A stretch of DNA of 64,000 bases from Squalus acanthias (GCA_030390025.1 CM059431.1:102798001-102862000), one strand, 5' to 3'. Counted from the first letter of the stretch, positions 25,690 through 42,077 are shown. Notes: a model not told the origin generated them from the letters alone. Program-made: numbers and translations.

Positions 25690-25822
25690 ACAAAAGCAAA
25701 ACACTGCGGAGGCTGGAAATCTGAAATAAAAACAGAAAATGCTGGAAATACTCAGCAGGTCAGGCAGCATCTGTGGAGAGAGAAACAGAGTTAACGTTTC
25801 AGGTCGATGACCTTTCGTCAGT
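25690..25822 (-). mobile_element. Penelope-like terminal repeat with hammerhead core (stem I lost)
   Basis: CUGACGA-A-AGGUC-AUC-GACCU-GAAA-CG-UU-AACU. Confidence 0.65.
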
Positions 25823-26725
25823 CAGATGTTAACTCACAATTGTGGTCCCACAGAAAATAATTTAAAACTCACCTTTTTTTGGAACCTCCGCTGCTGTACC
25901 GCCAGTAAAACTGGTCGGAGAGCAACCCAGTTGTCTCGCAAAATGGCAATTGGGGTTCTATGTATTTATTTGGATCCAAATTTGCATATTAAGAGTCTAC
26001 CGCCTGAAGCAGGCAGGCGCATTGGCGGCAGCGAGAGCGTTGGCATTCACGGTGCGGTAAGCCTCCTGAGCTTGGGGCCCGTTAGTGCCCCCATTGACAC
26101 CAAATTGGCCAAATTAAAAGCGGCCCCGTGTGATCAGAATCTAATCTGAATTAAATGCTGAGTAAAGGGCTGCAGATATTTTTTTTTTAAAAAACAGCGA
26201 CACAAAACTTTAAAAGATCAGATTATGATGAGCCATAAAAAAGAATTGAAAAATGTGAGTTGGAACACAATGTTGATTGGGAGCATCGAGTGAACATTTG
26301 GTAAGGCTGTGACAAAAGTTCTGGCTGTATCAAAACAGATTAATGAGCAACAAAGGCTGATATGGTTGAACAGGAATGTCGGGGATGATTCTGCAATCTG
26401 GCACTCCCAAAGGGAGCATGTCTCAGAAAGTCACCAGCTGACAATTTTCCAAGACGTGTCTCTACAAGCACTGCTTCCCACTGGGAGCTCTGCGTCATGG
26501 AATCACTCGTATAAAAGGGCAGCAATAGGGATTTGAAGCAGGCTTGTAAAACAAAATAGACATGTTTGGCAGGAGGATTGGGTAAATTTAAAAAAAGAGA
26601 GAGAAGCCAAGGTGCTGAGAACATCTTTAGTAACTGAATAGCAAAATACTGCGGGTGCTGGAAATCTGAAATAACCCAGCTGGAAACACTCAGCAGGTCA
26701 GGCAGCATCGAGGAGAGAGAAACAG

Positions 26726-26760
26726 AGTCAACGTTTCGGGTTGAACCCTTCGTCAGAACT
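26726..26760 (-). ncRNA. Minimal type I hammerhead ribozyme motif (family A) in a Penelope-like repeat (about 26640-26765)
   Basis: AGUU-CUGACGA-A-GGGU-UCA-ACCC-GAAA-CG-UU-GACU. Confidence 0.7.
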
Positions 26761-26844
26761 GGAAAAGATTAGGGAAGAGAGATAGCCCCTGTATTTCTTT
26801 ATATTTTTTTCTCTTATATCCTCACATGGTAAACAAAGAAAGAC

Positions 26845-29395
26845 TTTTTTTTAAATTCGTTTATGGGATCTGGGCGTCGCTGGCAAGGCCCAGCATTTAT
26901 TGCCCATCCCTAGTTGCCCTTGAGAAGGTGGTGGTGAGCCGACTTCTTGAACCGCTGCAGTCCGTGTGGTGAAGGTACTCCCACAATGCTGTTAGGTAGG
27001 GAGTTCCAGGATTTTGACCCAGCGACGAAGGATCGGTGATATATTTCTAAGTCAGGATGGTGTGTGACTTGGAGGGGAACTTGGAGGTGGTGATGTTCCC
27101 ATGCGCCTGCTGCCCTTGTCCTTCTAGGTGGAAGAGGTCGCGGGTTTGGGAGGTGCTGCCGAAGAAGCCTTGGCGAGTTGCTGCAGTGCATCTTGTAGAT
27201 GGTACACACTGCAGCCACGATACGCCGGTGGTGGAGGGAGTGAATGTTTAAGGTGGTGGATGGGGTGCCAATCAAGTGGGCTGCTTTGTCCTGGATGGTG
27301 TTGAGCTTCTTGAGTGCAGTTGGAGCTGCACTCATCCAGGCAACTGGAGAGTATTCCATCACACTCCTTACTTGTGCCTTGTAGATGGTGGAAAGGCTTT
27401 GGGGAGTCAGGAGGTGAGACACTCGCCGCAGAATACCCAACCTCTGACCTGCTCTTGTTGCCACAGTATTTATGTGGCTGGTCCAGTTAAGTTTCTGGTT
27501 AATGGTACCCCCAGGATGTTTATAGTGGGGGATTCGGCGATGGTAATGTCATTGAATGTCAAGGGGAGGTGGTTAGACTCTCGCTTGTTGGAGATAGTCA
27601 TTGCCTGGCACTTCTGTGGTGTGAATCAGCCCAAGCCTGAACGTCGTCCAGGTCTTGTTGCATGCGGGCATGGACTGATTCATTATCTGAGGAGTTGTGA
27701 ATGGCGCTGAACACTGTGCAGTCATCAGCGAACATCCCCATTTCTAACCTTATGTTGGAGGGAAGGTCATTGATGAAGCAGCTGAAGATGGTTGGGCCTA
27801 GGACACTGCCCTGAGGAACTCCTGCAGCGATGTCCTGGGGCTGAGATGATTGGCCTGCAACAACCACAACCATCTTTCTTTGTGCTAGGTATGACTTCAG
27901 ACAGTGGAGCGTTTACCCCCTGATTCCCATTGACTTCAGTTTTACTAGGGCTCCTTGATGCCACACTCGATCAAATGCTGCCTTGATGTCAAGGGCAGTC
28001 ACTCTCACCTCACCTCTGGAATTCAGCTCCTTTGTCCATGTTTGGACCAAGGCTGTAATGAGGTCGGGGGCCGAGTGCTCTTGGCGGAACCCAAACTGGG
28101 CATCAGTGAGCAGGTTATTAAAACATAGAAACTAGGAGCAGGAGTAGGCCATTCGGCCCGTCGAGCCTGCTCCACCATTCAATACGATCATGGCTGATCA
28201 TCCAAATCCAGTACCCTGTCCCTGCTTTCTCACACAGAATCCCCATCGAGCCTGCACCGACACATATCCCACCCTATCCCCGTAACCCCACGTATTTAAT
28301 TCCCCCTAACATATCCCATCCTATCCCTGTAACCCCACATATTTAATCCCCCCTCCTAACACTAAGGGTCAATTTATCATAGCCAAATCAACCTAACCCG
28401 CACATTTTTGGACTGTGGGAGGAAACCGGAGCACCCGGAGGAAACCCACGCAGACACGGGGAGAATGTGCAAACTCCACACAGACAGTCACCCGAGGCCA
28501 GATTCGAACCCGGGTCCCTGGTGCTGTGAGGCACCAGTGCTAACCACTATGCCACCGTGTTGCCCTATTGGTGAGTAAGTGCCGCTTGATAGCACTGTCG
28601 ATGAAACCTTCCATCACTTTGCTGATGATTGAGAGTAGACTGATAGGGCAGTAATTGGCCGGGTTGGATTTGTCCTGCTTTTCGTGGACAGGACATACCT
28701 GGGCAGTTTTCCACATTGTCGGATAGATGCCAGTGTTGTAGCTGTACTGGAACAGCTTGGCTAGAGGCACGGCTAGTTCTGGAGCACAAGTCTTCAGCAC
28801 GATAGCCGGGATGTTGTTGGGGCCCATAGCCTTTGCTGTATCCAGTGCACTCAGCCGTTTCTTGATATCACGTGGAGTGAATCGAATTGGCTGAAGACTG
28901 GCTTCTGTGATGGTGGGGACCTCAGGAGTAGGCTGATATGAATCATCCACTCGGCACTTCTGGCTGAAGTTGGTTGCAAACGCTTCAGCTTTGTCTTTTG
29001 CACTCATGTGCTGGGCTCCACCATCATTGAGGATGGGGATATTCTTGGAGCCTCCTCCTCCCGTTAGTTGTTTAATGGTCTACCACCATTCACGACTGGA
29101 TGTGGCAGGACTGCAGAGCTTTGATCTGATCCATTGATTGTGGGATCGTTTAGCCCTGTCTATAGCATGCTGCTTCCGCTTTTTAGCATGCATGTAGTCC
29201 TGAGTTGCAGCTTCCCCAGGTTGGCACCTCATTTTTAGGTACGCCTGGTGCTGCTCCTGGCATGCTCTTCTACACTCCTTGTTGAACCAGGGTTGGTCCC
29301 CTGGCTTGATGGTAATGGTAGAGTGAGGGATATGTCGGGCCATGAGGTTACAGATTGTGATGGAATACAATTCTGCTGCTGCTGATGCCCCACAC
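26845..29395 (-). mobile_element. Crack/Daphne-like LINE, long degraded RT fragment with nested insertions at 28120-28565
   Basis: NYCPISLLS, GVPQGSVLGP and FADD motifs across ORFs 28540-29007, 27598-27873 and 26910-27464. Confidence 0.85.
28233..28565 (-). mobile_element. V-SINE (HE1-like), preceded by a CR1 tail at 28120-28232
   Basis: Nearly identical to 10297-10608. Confidence 0.82.
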
Positions 29396-29820
29396 TTGCA
29401 TTTATATAGCGCCTTTCACGACCACCGGACATCTCAAAGCGCTTTACAGCCAATGAAGTACTTTTGAAGTGGAGTCACTGTTGTAATGTGGGAAACGCGG
29501 CAGCCAATTTGCGCACAGCAAGCTCCCACAAACAGCAATGTGATAATGATCAGAAAATCTGTTTTTGTTATGTTGGTTGAGGGAGAAATATTGTCCAGGA
29601 CACCAGGGATAACTCCCCTACTCTTCTTCGAAATAGAAAGCAGACGGGGCCTCGGTTTAACGTCTCATCCGAAAGACGGCACCTCCAACAGTGCAGCACT
29701 CCCTCAGCACTGCACTGGAGTGTCAGCCTAGATTTATGTGCTCAAGTCTATGGAGCGGGACTTGAACCCACAACCTTCTGACTCAGTGGCGAGAGTGCTA
29801 CCCACTGAGCCACAGCTGAC
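29394..29820 (-). mobile_element. Deu-domain tRNA-SINE
   Basis: Reverse complement of the 9661-10130 family. Confidence 0.8.
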
Positions 29821-29849
29821 AATGTTGACAATGTAGCTGTTAATGTTGC

Positions 29850-30985
29850 TGCCATCAGCATTCACACCTCATCTAGAGCCATCTTTTGTTTCTTAACTTG
29901 TCCGATTACCTCCCTTTTGCCTTGCACCATCATCCCTTTTGTGAGTCAATCTCTCCTGCCTTCCAGCCTATCACAGACCGTCCCTTTGTTCTTTCCTCTC
30001 TTCCTCCCTGCCCCTGCTTAAAAATCTCTCTTCCCTAACCTTTTCCAGTTCTGATGATGGGTTCAACCCGAAACGTTGGGCTGGATTTTGCCAGCCGAGA
30101 CGAGTTGGGGGCGGGACTGCTACCTTCTGGGTTCTAGTCCCGCCCCCAGCAACGACTGACAAACGCACACTATTTTCCCTTGATTGGCCTTGTTAAGCCC
30201 GCCCCGGCCAATTAAGGGAAAGTCGGTGAGAGATTACGTTAGCGTATGACGCTTCATCTGTTGAAAAATTTTTGATAGATGAATTGTCAGCGTTTGACAG
30301 CTTTGAGAAGCTATCAAACACTGACAATCTCTGTTCTAAGGTGAGCCCTTGCACAAAGGCTCACCAAGACATCTCTCCTCAGCAGAAAGCAGATGGCTGC
30401 TGCATCTGAAAATGTAGCAGTCATTTTGTCATCTCTGCCGTTGAGATGAGGCACCTCCGGATCCTCAAAGGTTGAAGCCTGCAGAAAGAAACAAAGGTAA
30501 GGAAACTTTTTCCAACACTTTACACTCACCTCTCATAATTACTTGTCCACACTTGCACCCATCACTTACCTCTACAGCTGACATTTTGACCCCTCTCACC
30601 CCCGCAGACCCACTGCTCGCCTTGCTGACCCTGGCGAGGTTCGCAGCCATCGGAAACCCACATTTGCAGGCGTAAAATGGGGAAAGGCCTCAAAACTGCC
30701 TGTTAACTACCTGTTAACAGGCAGTTAATTGGCTGTAATCCCTTTCCCGCCTTGAGGAGACGGGTCCCTGCGCGACTCGGGGACCCGCCTCCCGGGAAGA
30801 TGGCACGGAGGCGGGTTGGGAGCGGGGTCAGTACCCGCTCCCAGTTTCTGCCATTTTTTCGGCAGTCCCGCCTCCAAACCCGCCTCCCCAGGGCTGGGAA
30901 AATTCCCCCCCTTGACTCTGTTTCTCACTCATCGATGCTGCCTGACCTGCTGAGTGTTTCCAGCATTTTCTGTTGTTATTTTAGT
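29850..30985 (+). mobile_element. Penelope-like 3' repeat whose hammerhead is split by a Harbinger-type non-autonomous element (about 30079-30911)
   Basis: AGTTCTGATGATGGGTTCAACCCGAAACGTTG[insert]TTGACTCTGTTTC; TTG duplicated; imperfect TIRs containing ATTTTNCCAGCC. Confidence 0.7.
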
Positions 30986-31321
30986 AACTGAAGGTTTCTT
31001 TTTGAAATACATGCACAGTGCACCGAACTTACGATAAAATAATAATCCATTTAAAATGATAGATCACATTAAGAATATCGGGACAAAGAAAAGCACACAC
31101 CCAGTGTCGAGCACGACTAAGTCTGTTACATTATGGTTAGAAGCAATGTAGGACTTCTTCTATTCTGCTCCCAAAAATTTGGCTTAGCTACGATCTCAGA
31201 AGAGCACCCTCTACTGCGCCAGTGTGTGCATTTTGCCATTCCGTGCCTTTTCTGAGTGTGAGATTGCTACTTATTGGCAACTGGGGCAGTTTTTACACTG
31301 TAGGCTCACACCCTGAATGGA

Positions 31322-31950
31322 AACAACAACAGCTTGTATTTATACAGCGCCTTTAACATAGTAAAATGTCCCAAGGTGCTTCACAGGAGTATTTTAAGAC
31401 AAAATATTTGACACCGATCCACATAAGGAGAAATTAGGGGAGGTGACCAAAAGCTTGGTAAAAGAGGTAGGTTTTAAGGAGCGTCTTAAAGGAGGAAAGA
31501 GAGGTAGAGCCGGAGAGGTTTAGGCAGGGAATTCCAGAGCTTAGGGCCCAGGTAGCAGAAGGCACGGCCACCAAAGGCTGAGCGATTATAATCAGGGATG
31601 CTCAAGAGGGCAGAATTAGAGGAGCGCAGATATCTCGTGGGGTTGTGGGGCTGAAGGAGATTACAGAGAAATGGAGGGACGAGGCCATGGAGGGATTTGA
31701 AAACAAGGATGAGAATTTTGAAATGGAGGCGCTGCTTAACCGGGAGCCAATGTAGGTCAGCGAGCACAGGGGTGATGGGCGAACGGGACTTGGTGCGGGT
31801 TAGGACACGGGCAGCTGAGTTTTGGATGACCTCAAGTTTACGTAGGGTGGAATGTGGGAGGCCAGCCAGGAGTGCGTTGGAATAGTCAAGTCTAGAGGTA
31901 ACAAAGGCAGGGATGAGGGTTTCAGCAGCGGATGAGCTGAGGCAAGGGCC
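31322..31950 (-). mobile_element. L2-clade LINE 3' fragment
   Basis: ORF 31486-31959 with [17 protein letters not shown]. Confidence 0.87.
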
Positions 31951-32894
31951 CAAACTCATTTCATGTATGGTCCTGCTACGAACTCAGGTCTGCCGCATGT
32001 ACCTTCTCGGGTTCAGTGGTGTCAGTTAGGCCCATAAGCGGTCTGAGTGCCTTAATTTTATGGGAGTTGACTCAGACTTTCCTATATCTACTTGTATGAT
32101 AGCGTAACCCAGGGATGGAACAATAGCATCCCCTCATGATCTGGATCGATAATCGTGTGTTTTGCACAAATGCTGCTTCAATCGCTCTGTCGGTTGGACC
32201 GAGCTGCCACTGGACGAGTTGAGGCTTGATTAACATCCATTAAGCTGTTACATTTCATAGTCAGATGAATATATCAAGCAACAGCTATAAGCAGATTCAC
32301 TTAGTTCCATGACACAAAATAAAGAACATGCCACGTCATAAATAACCCTCTACTCCACGTCACAGGGTTATTTTTTTAAAATTCGTTTATGGGATCAGGG
32401 CGTCGCTGGCAATGCCAGCATTTATTGCCCATCTTACTTGCCTTCTAACTGTTCCTCCAGTATTTCTGACTTTTTTTGAACTGCCTCAGCGAAGTTTTCG
32501 CTGTATGGGGAAAAAAAACACATGAATCACAAGTAGTCGTTCAGCTCGTTCCTGTCCCCACAGCGAGTCAGGGCTTGGTTACTGACCCCTGTCCCTGTCC
32601 AGGGGTTGGCCAGAAGTTTTTTTTTTATTCGTTTATGGGATGTGGGCGTCGCTGGCAAGGCCAGCATTTATTGCCCATCCCTAATTGCCCTCGAGAAGGT
32701 GGTGGTGAGCCGCCTTCTTGAACCGCTGCAGTCCGTGTGGTGAAGGTACTCCCAAGTGCAATTGCGCCATCTCCCTTTTGAAACTACCTTCATGTAAAGC
32801 TCAACAGTAAGAAAATGTCATCACCCCACCCACCCCCCAATATTTGGTGGAAACCTCTGAGATGAGATAGTCTCTTCCCATCATCCTGGGAAAT

Positions 32895-33595
32895 ATAGAA
32901 ATATTACATAGAATGTACACCACAGAAACGTGCCGGTGTTTATGCTCCACACGAGCCTCCTCCCACCCTACTTCATCTCACCCTATCAGCATAACCTTCT
33001 ATTCCTTTCTCCCTCATGTGTTTATCCAGCTTCCCCTTAAATGTATCTATGCTATTCGCCTCAACCACTCCCTGTGGTAGCGAGTTCCACATTCTCACCA
33101 CTCTCTGGGTAAAGAAGTTTCTCCTGAATTCCCCATTGGATTTATTGGTGACTATCTTATATCTATATGATGTAAAGTGGGTTCAAGTCCCACTACAGAG
33201 ATTTGAGCACAAAAATCTAGGCTGACACTCCAGTGCAGTACTGAGGGAGCGCTGCACTGTCGGAGGTGCCGTCTTTCGGATGAGATGTTAAACCGAGGCC
33301 CCGTCTGCTCTCTCAGGCAGACGTGAAAGATCCCATGCCACTATATCGAAAAAGAGCAAGGGAGTTATCCCCAGTGTCCTGGGGCCAATATTTATCCCTC
33401 AACCAATATCACTAAAAACAGATTATCTGGTCATTATCACATTGCGGTTTGTGGGAGCTTGCTGTGCGCAAATTGGCTGCCACGTTTCCTACATTGCAAC
33501 AGTGACTACACTTCAGAAAAGTACTTCATTGGCTGTAAAGCGCTTTGGGACGTCCTGAGGTCGTTAAAGTGGCTATATAAATGCAAGTTTTTTTT
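32895..33595. mobile_element. CR1 tail (-, 32895-33165) adjacent to a Deu-SINE (+, 33177-33595)
   Basis: Matches other copies in the window. Confidence 0.78.
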
Positions 33596-35178
33596 ATGAT
33601 TCTTCTCTAATAATCACAAAACATGTTAATCTGCAGGCACTCTGATTCTGCTAAACCAGCGGCCATGTCTATTTTATGCATGTTCTTAAGTCAATATTGG
33701 TATTTACTCATCAGCTGTTACTTCTTTAATATAAATTCTTCTTACATTTTAATTCTTTTTTTTTTACAAGTAAAATCCACTTTTCAGGAAAACTGACACA
33801 CTCGATTTCCAATTAATTCGGTGCCGCAATACTTCTTTCTGGTTGGTAACAGTCTGGGTCAAACTCAACAAGCAAGCATCATCAAATATCTTTTCTAATT
33901 GTAAAACTAATCAGAACCAATGCAAGACTATGGACGAGCAAATGCAGTACGTTTAATGAGATGTACTACTTTCTGGGGACATGCCCTGATTAGAATCAAG
34001 CCCAAGGAGAAACATACACTGCATCTTGGAATTATGGAAATAATAGCACGTCACACTATAAGACCATGTAGGTCTTACAAATGTCTGGACGAGACAGTCT
34101 CCAGCTCAGTGTCTATATATTTCCTTCTATCTATCTATCTATCTATCGATATAACATATATAGAAAGATAGAGCGATAGATATAATGTATTCTAATGAAT
34201 AAAGGGAATCATTGAAGGTTACAATTTATTCTCAGCATTCAGATTGTATTCACAAACCGTTTGAATTTTGCTACTATATATGGTTTAGAATTTTATTCGA
34301 ACTCTTCAATTATATTTTCTAAATGAATACATTAAAGAGGTGTTTTGTAAGTTTTTACATACAAGTTTTAATCTAATGGTGTAAAACATATTCTTGAGCT
34401 AATAATAACAATGATAAAATATGTTGGGTGAGAATTTACTGATGCAGGATTGCTTACTTGAAATTTGTGGTGCTTTTTGGTATCTGATGGAACCCTATTG
34501 TGGATCACTGTAGTGAACAGAATTATTTGCTTCTCCCAACACTGCAGTTGAAGTTTTTAAATGAATGAAAGTTACTAAAAAAAAATAATAATTTTGCCTG
34601 AAAAGTATTGTGTGTCGCTGAGTGAGAAAAAGATCTGCTCAGCCGAGAATTGATTTTTAATCTTGTAATTATTTTATTCTGTTCTACATCTCCAGTGGAT
34701 GGAACCAAATATAGTATCATTAAAGAGTTCATTCTTCTGGACTAAATCACTTTTGTGGTCTCAATGTGGTTATCTGGCAGACTGTGAAATTCTCCAACAC
34801 CCACTTGTCCAAATCTATGGGTGCGTTTCCCAATCCTAATTAAACTGGTAACAGTTGTAAGACGGGGTATTAATTCAGAGACCTGAACTGCACTGGAAAC
34901 TCAAAATGGACATTGCCAATTGCTCGAATTTAGCCGAGTCCAGAACTATGTCTAGTTGACCCAGCACCTTTCCTGCTTGACACAGCTCAGAAAAGACCGA
35001 GTGGGTGGACTCTTGCTCGATGGCGCTACGTATTGGCTCCACAAAACTCAACGTCATGGGAAAGTGGGATCGCTTTAGTGTCAAAGGAGGATCCCACTTT
35101 CAGCTTTAGAAGTACAATGTAATTATGCTTCTGCATTGACAAGTGATAATTTTGTGCTTAAGTTGTCAAATACTATCA

Positions 35179-37330
35179 TAGAAACATAGAAAAATAGGAG
35201 GAGTAGGCCATTCGGCCCTTCGAGCCTGCTCTGCCATTCAGTAAGATCATGGCTGATCCTCTATCTCAATACCATATTCCCGCTCTCTCCCCATTCCCCT
35301 TGATGCCTTTTGTGTCTAGCAACCTATCTATCTCCTTCTTAAATATATTCAGTGACTTGGCCTCCACAGCCTTCTGTGGTAGAGAATTCCACAGGTTCAC
35401 CACCCAATGAGTGGAGACATTTCTCCTCATCTCAGTCCAAAATGTCCTACCCCGTATCCTGAGACTGTGACCCCTCGTTCTCGACCCCCCAGCCAGGGGA
35501 AACATCCTCCCTGCATCCAGTCTGTCTGTCCCTGTCAGAATTGCAATGAAGGCCAACATACCATTTGCCTTCCTCACTGCTTGCTGCACCTGCATGTTTG
35601 CTTTCAGTGACTGGTGTACAAGGACACCCAGGTCCCTTTGTACATCAACATTTCCCAATCTAGCACCATTTAAATAATACTCTACCTTTCTGTTTTTCCT
35701 ACCGAAGTGGATAACTTCACATTTATCCAAGCTATACTGCATCTGCCATGTGTTTGCCCACTCACTCAACTTGTCTAAATCGCCTTGAAGCCTCTTTGCA
35801 TCCTCCTCACAACTCACAATCCCACCTAGTTTCGTGTCATTAGCAAACTTGGAAATATTACATTTGGTTCCCTCATCCAAATCATTGATATATATTGTGA
35901 ATAGCTGGGGTCCAAGCACTGATCCCTGCGGTTCCCCACTAGTCACCGCCTGCCACCCCAAAAAAGAACTATTTATTCCTACTCTCTGTTTCCTGTCTGA
36001 TAACCAATTTTCAATCCATGCCAGTATATTACCCCCAATCCCATGTGCTTTAATTTTGCACACTAACCTCTTATGTGGGACTTTATCAAAGGCCATCTGA
36101 AAATCCAAATACACCACATCCACTGGTTCTCCCTTATCTATTCTACCAGTTACATCCTCAAAAAACTCCAGTAGGTTTGTCAAACACGATTTCCCTTTCA
36201 TAAATCTATGTTGACTTTGTCTAATCCCGTTGATATTTTCTAAGTGTCCTGTTATCACATCCTTTATAATAGACTCTAGCATTTTCCCTACTACTGATGT
36301 TAGGCTAACCGGTCTGTAGTTCCCTGTTTTCTCTCTCCCTCCTTTTTTAAATAGTGGGGTTACATTTGCCACCCTCCAATCTGCAGGAACTGTTCCATAA
36401 TCTATAGAATTTTGGAAGATGACATGGGGATTTATCAGCTTTCAGTCCCATTAATTTCTCCAGCACTATTTTTTTACTAATACTAATTTCCCTTAATTCC
36501 TCCTTCTCACCAGACCATTGGTTCCCTAGCATTTCTGGGAAGTTATTTGTGTCCTCTTCTGTGGAGACAGAACCAAAGTATTTGTTTAATTGCCCTGCCA
36601 TTTCCTTGTTCCCCATTATAAATTCTCCCGTTTCTGACTGTAAAGGACCTACATTTGTCTTCACTAATCTTTTTCTTTTTACATACTTGTAGAAGCTTTT
36701 AGAATCTGCTTTTATGTTCCTTGCAAGTTTACTCTCATACTCTATTTTCCCCCTCTTAATCAATCTCTTGGTCCTTTTTTACTAAACTCTAAACTGCTCC
36801 CAATCCTCAGGCTTGCTACTTTTTCTGGCAACTTTATATGACTCCTCTTTGGATCTAATACTATCCTTAATTTCTTTTGTTAGCCATGGTTGGGCTGCTT
36901 TTCCTTTTGTGTTTTTGCACCAGAAAGGAATGTATAACTGTTGCAATTCATGCATTAATTCCTTAAATGTTAGCCATTGCCTATCCACCGTCATGCCTTT
37001 TAATGAAGCTCTCCAATCTATCATAGCCAACTCACTCCTCATACCATCGTAGTTTCCTTTGTTTAGATTTAGGACCCTAGTTTCGGATTGGACTTCTTCA
37101 CTTTCCATTTTAATGAAGAATTCTATCATGTTATGGTCACTCTTCCCTAAAGGACCCCACATAACAAGATTATTAATTAACCTCTTCTCATTGCACAGTA
37201 CCCAATCTAGGATAGCCTGTTCCCGAGTTGGCTCCTCAACGTACTGGTCTAAAAAAACATCTTGTACACACTCCAGGAATTCATCCTCCACAGTATTATT
37301 GCTAATTTGGTTTAGCCAGTCTATATGTAG
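35179..37330 (-). mobile_element. CR1 LINE ORF2 fragment with internal deletions
   Basis: ORFs 36782-37411, 36347-36763 and 35266-36372 are collinear with the 936-aa ORF2 but lack segments at about 35540 and 36424. Confidence 0.9.
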
Positions 37331-37992
37331 ATCCTTCATGTGCAGTCCCATAGAAACATAGAAGATAGGAGCAGGAGTAGGCCATTCGGCCCCTCGAGCC
37401 TGCTCCGCCATTTAATGAGATCATGGCTGATCATCCAAATTCAGTACCCTGTCCCTGCTTTCTCCCCATATCCCTTGATCCCTTGAGCATCAAGAGCTTT
37501 CAACGCTGATGCACTTACTAAGATAGAGCCAAGCATCTTGGTTACTTCTACCCTCCCCCTCCCCAAAGGCACTGACTCTTGGAAGTAGCGTTTCACTGGA
37601 GCCAGCAACCTCCAGTGCTGCATTATGTCCTTTTGCCTGAACACCCATTATTTGTAAGATCTGTCCCCATGAGATGTTCCAGCAGATGGCACCAGAAAGT
37701 GAGCAGGGCTGGAACTCGAGCAGATTTCCCACACCCCCTCACTTTCCTAGCCCAGGGATGCTGAAATGAAAGATACCCTACATGCTGCCATAAGGGTGAT
37801 CAGACCACAGATCTCAGATCAGACAGAAGACCTTCTTGGACTGTTGGGCTCTGGTCAGGGCAGCTGCACTGCCACAGTCCTACTTCCCAAACCAGCCATC
37901 GATGCCCTTGTGAAACTAGACGTATGGGTGAGGGTGTTAGTGGGCGATGAACTTGCAGCATCGCTAAATGAGAACACCACAATCTGTTGGTA

Positions 37993-38540
37993 TCATAGAA
38001 CCATACAGCACAGAGGAGGCCATTCGGCCCATCGTGCCTGCTCTTTGAAAGAGCTCTCCAATTAGTCCCACTCCCCTGCTCTTTCCCCATAGCCCTGTAA
38101 ACTTCTCCTTTTCAAGTATTTATCCAATTCCCTTTCAAAAGTTACTATTGAATCTGCTTCCACCACCTTTTCAGGCAGCGCATTCCAGATCACAACAACT
38201 TGTTGCGTAAAAAAAATTCTCCTCCTCACCCCTGGCTTTTTCGCCAATTATCTTAAATCTGTGTCCTCTGCTTACCGACCCTCCTGCCAGTAGAAACAGT
38301 TTCTGCTTATTTACTCTATCAAAACTCCCTCACAATTTTGAATACCTCTGTTAAATCTCCCCTTAACCTTCTCTGCTCTAAGGAAAACAATCCCAGCTTC
38401 TCTAGTCTCTCCACATTGCTGAAGTCCCTCATCCTTGGTACCATTCTAGTAAATTTCCTCTGCAACTACTCCAAGGCCTTGACATCCTTCCTATGGTCTG
38501 GTGCCCAGAATTGGACACAATGTTCGAGCTGAGGCCTATC
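37993..38540 (-). mobile_element. CR1 LINE 3' fragment
   Basis: FFTQQVVVIWNALPEKVVEA. Confidence 0.83.
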
Positions 38541-38723
38541 TGCAACCTGGGATCAATGCTAATTATTGGTCCATAGATACAGATTTAAACTTTCCCTCTC
38601 TAAACACCTCCACCATCTTCTCCTCTTTTAAGACGTTCCTTGAAACCCACCTTTTTGACCAAGCTTTTGGTCATCCCTTTCTAATCTCTCTCTTTTTTGG
38701 CTCAGCCTCTGTTCTTCTTGCAC

Positions 38724-39440
38724 TGCCAGCCGTGGCTCAGTGGGCAGCACTCTCACCTCTGAGTCAGAAAGCTATGGGTTCAAGTCCCACTCCAGAGACT
38801 TGAGCACATAAGTCTAAGTGGACACTCCAGTGCAGTGCTGAGGGAGTACTGCACTGTCGGAGGTGTCGTCTTTCGGATGAGACGTTAAACCGAGGCCCCG
38901 TCTGTCCCCTCGGGTGGACGTAGAAGATCCCACGGCCACTATTTCGAAGAAGAGCAGGGGAGTTATCCCCGGTGTCCAGGGGCCAATATTTATCCCTCAA
39001 CCAACATCACTAAAAAAACAGATTATCTGGCCATTATCACATTGCTGTTTGTGGGAGCTTGCTGTGCGCAAATTAGCTGCCGCGTTTCCTGCATTACAAC
39101 AGTGGCGACACTTCAAAAAGTACTTCATTGGCTGTAAAGCGCTTTGGGAGGTCCTGAGGTCGTGAAAGTTGCTATATAAATGCAAGTCTTTCTTCGTCCG
39201 AGATATCTGCGCTCCTCCGATTCTGGCCTCTTGCGCATCCTCAATTTTAATCGCTTCACCGTTGGTGGCCGGGCCTTCAGCTGCCCGGGCCCTGAGCTCT
39301 GGAATTCCCTCTCTAAACCTCTCCGCCTCTCTCTCCTTAAAACCTATCTCTGTGACCAAGCTTTTGGTCACCTGTCCTCCTAATATCTCCTCATGTGGCT
39401 CAGTGTCAAATTTTGTTTGATAATCACTCCTGTGAAGCTC
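38724..39440 (+). mobile_element. Deu-SINE (38724-39195) inserted among L2 3' fragments (39196-39440)
   Basis: Matches other copies in the window. Confidence 0.78.
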
Positions 39441-39489
39441 TATAGAAATGAAAGTGATTGCTGCTTTTCGCTGGCTGCACCCTGCAATT

Positions 39490-41459
<1,970 letters not shown>

Positions 41460-42077
41460 CCGTTTACTTCAAAAATGAAGTACCTGTTACAGAAAGTTTA
41501 ACTATGTTCGGCTTTCTAAGAATGAATATTGAGGATTTATTTTTAACTTGACAGACTGGAATTTATGGGAGAATGGCTGAACTTTTACTCTGGTGCAAAG
41601 GACTGAAGAATTGAATGATTGCAAAATGACTGAACCATACACACTGAAAGGGTGTTTGCAAGGACTAATGTAGTGAAGAAATCTTCATGTTGATCTAATT
41701 TAGTAAAAAAAAGTCATCACCAAGGTTTCAGGGGGAAACAACTGCAGAAATAAACTGTTCCAAGTGCTTTGAAAACCATTTAGAAGCTGTCTTGTGAAGG
41801 TTTTGTGGTGAATAGATCAAGCGTCTCCAAAAAGAGTTTGAATTTAATGTTTGTGCTGACGAAACAAACAGGGAAAGGAAGCTTGGGCCTATTAGGAGTG
41901 GTATTGAATTTTTGAAATTCTTGAGACGGAACAATACTGTACACGAGCTGCTAATGTGTTGGATTTCAGTGCTGGAAATTGTGCCAAAAATGTAAATGTG
42001 TTTACACTAAAGTTCTTACCAGCATTGGCATAAACTCTGACGAAAGCTTTGTAATTTTTGTGCCTTTAGTTGTGTGC

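Noticed and set aside
33780..34545. Possible FIRRM/C1orf112 exons expected from human synteny
   Set aside because: Only vague peptide resemblance (KIFDD) and isolated splice-like sites; not supportable without a search.
42035..42055. CTGACGAAAG in the METTL18 3' UTR as a hammerhead
   Set aside because: There is no stem II between CUGANGA and GAAA.
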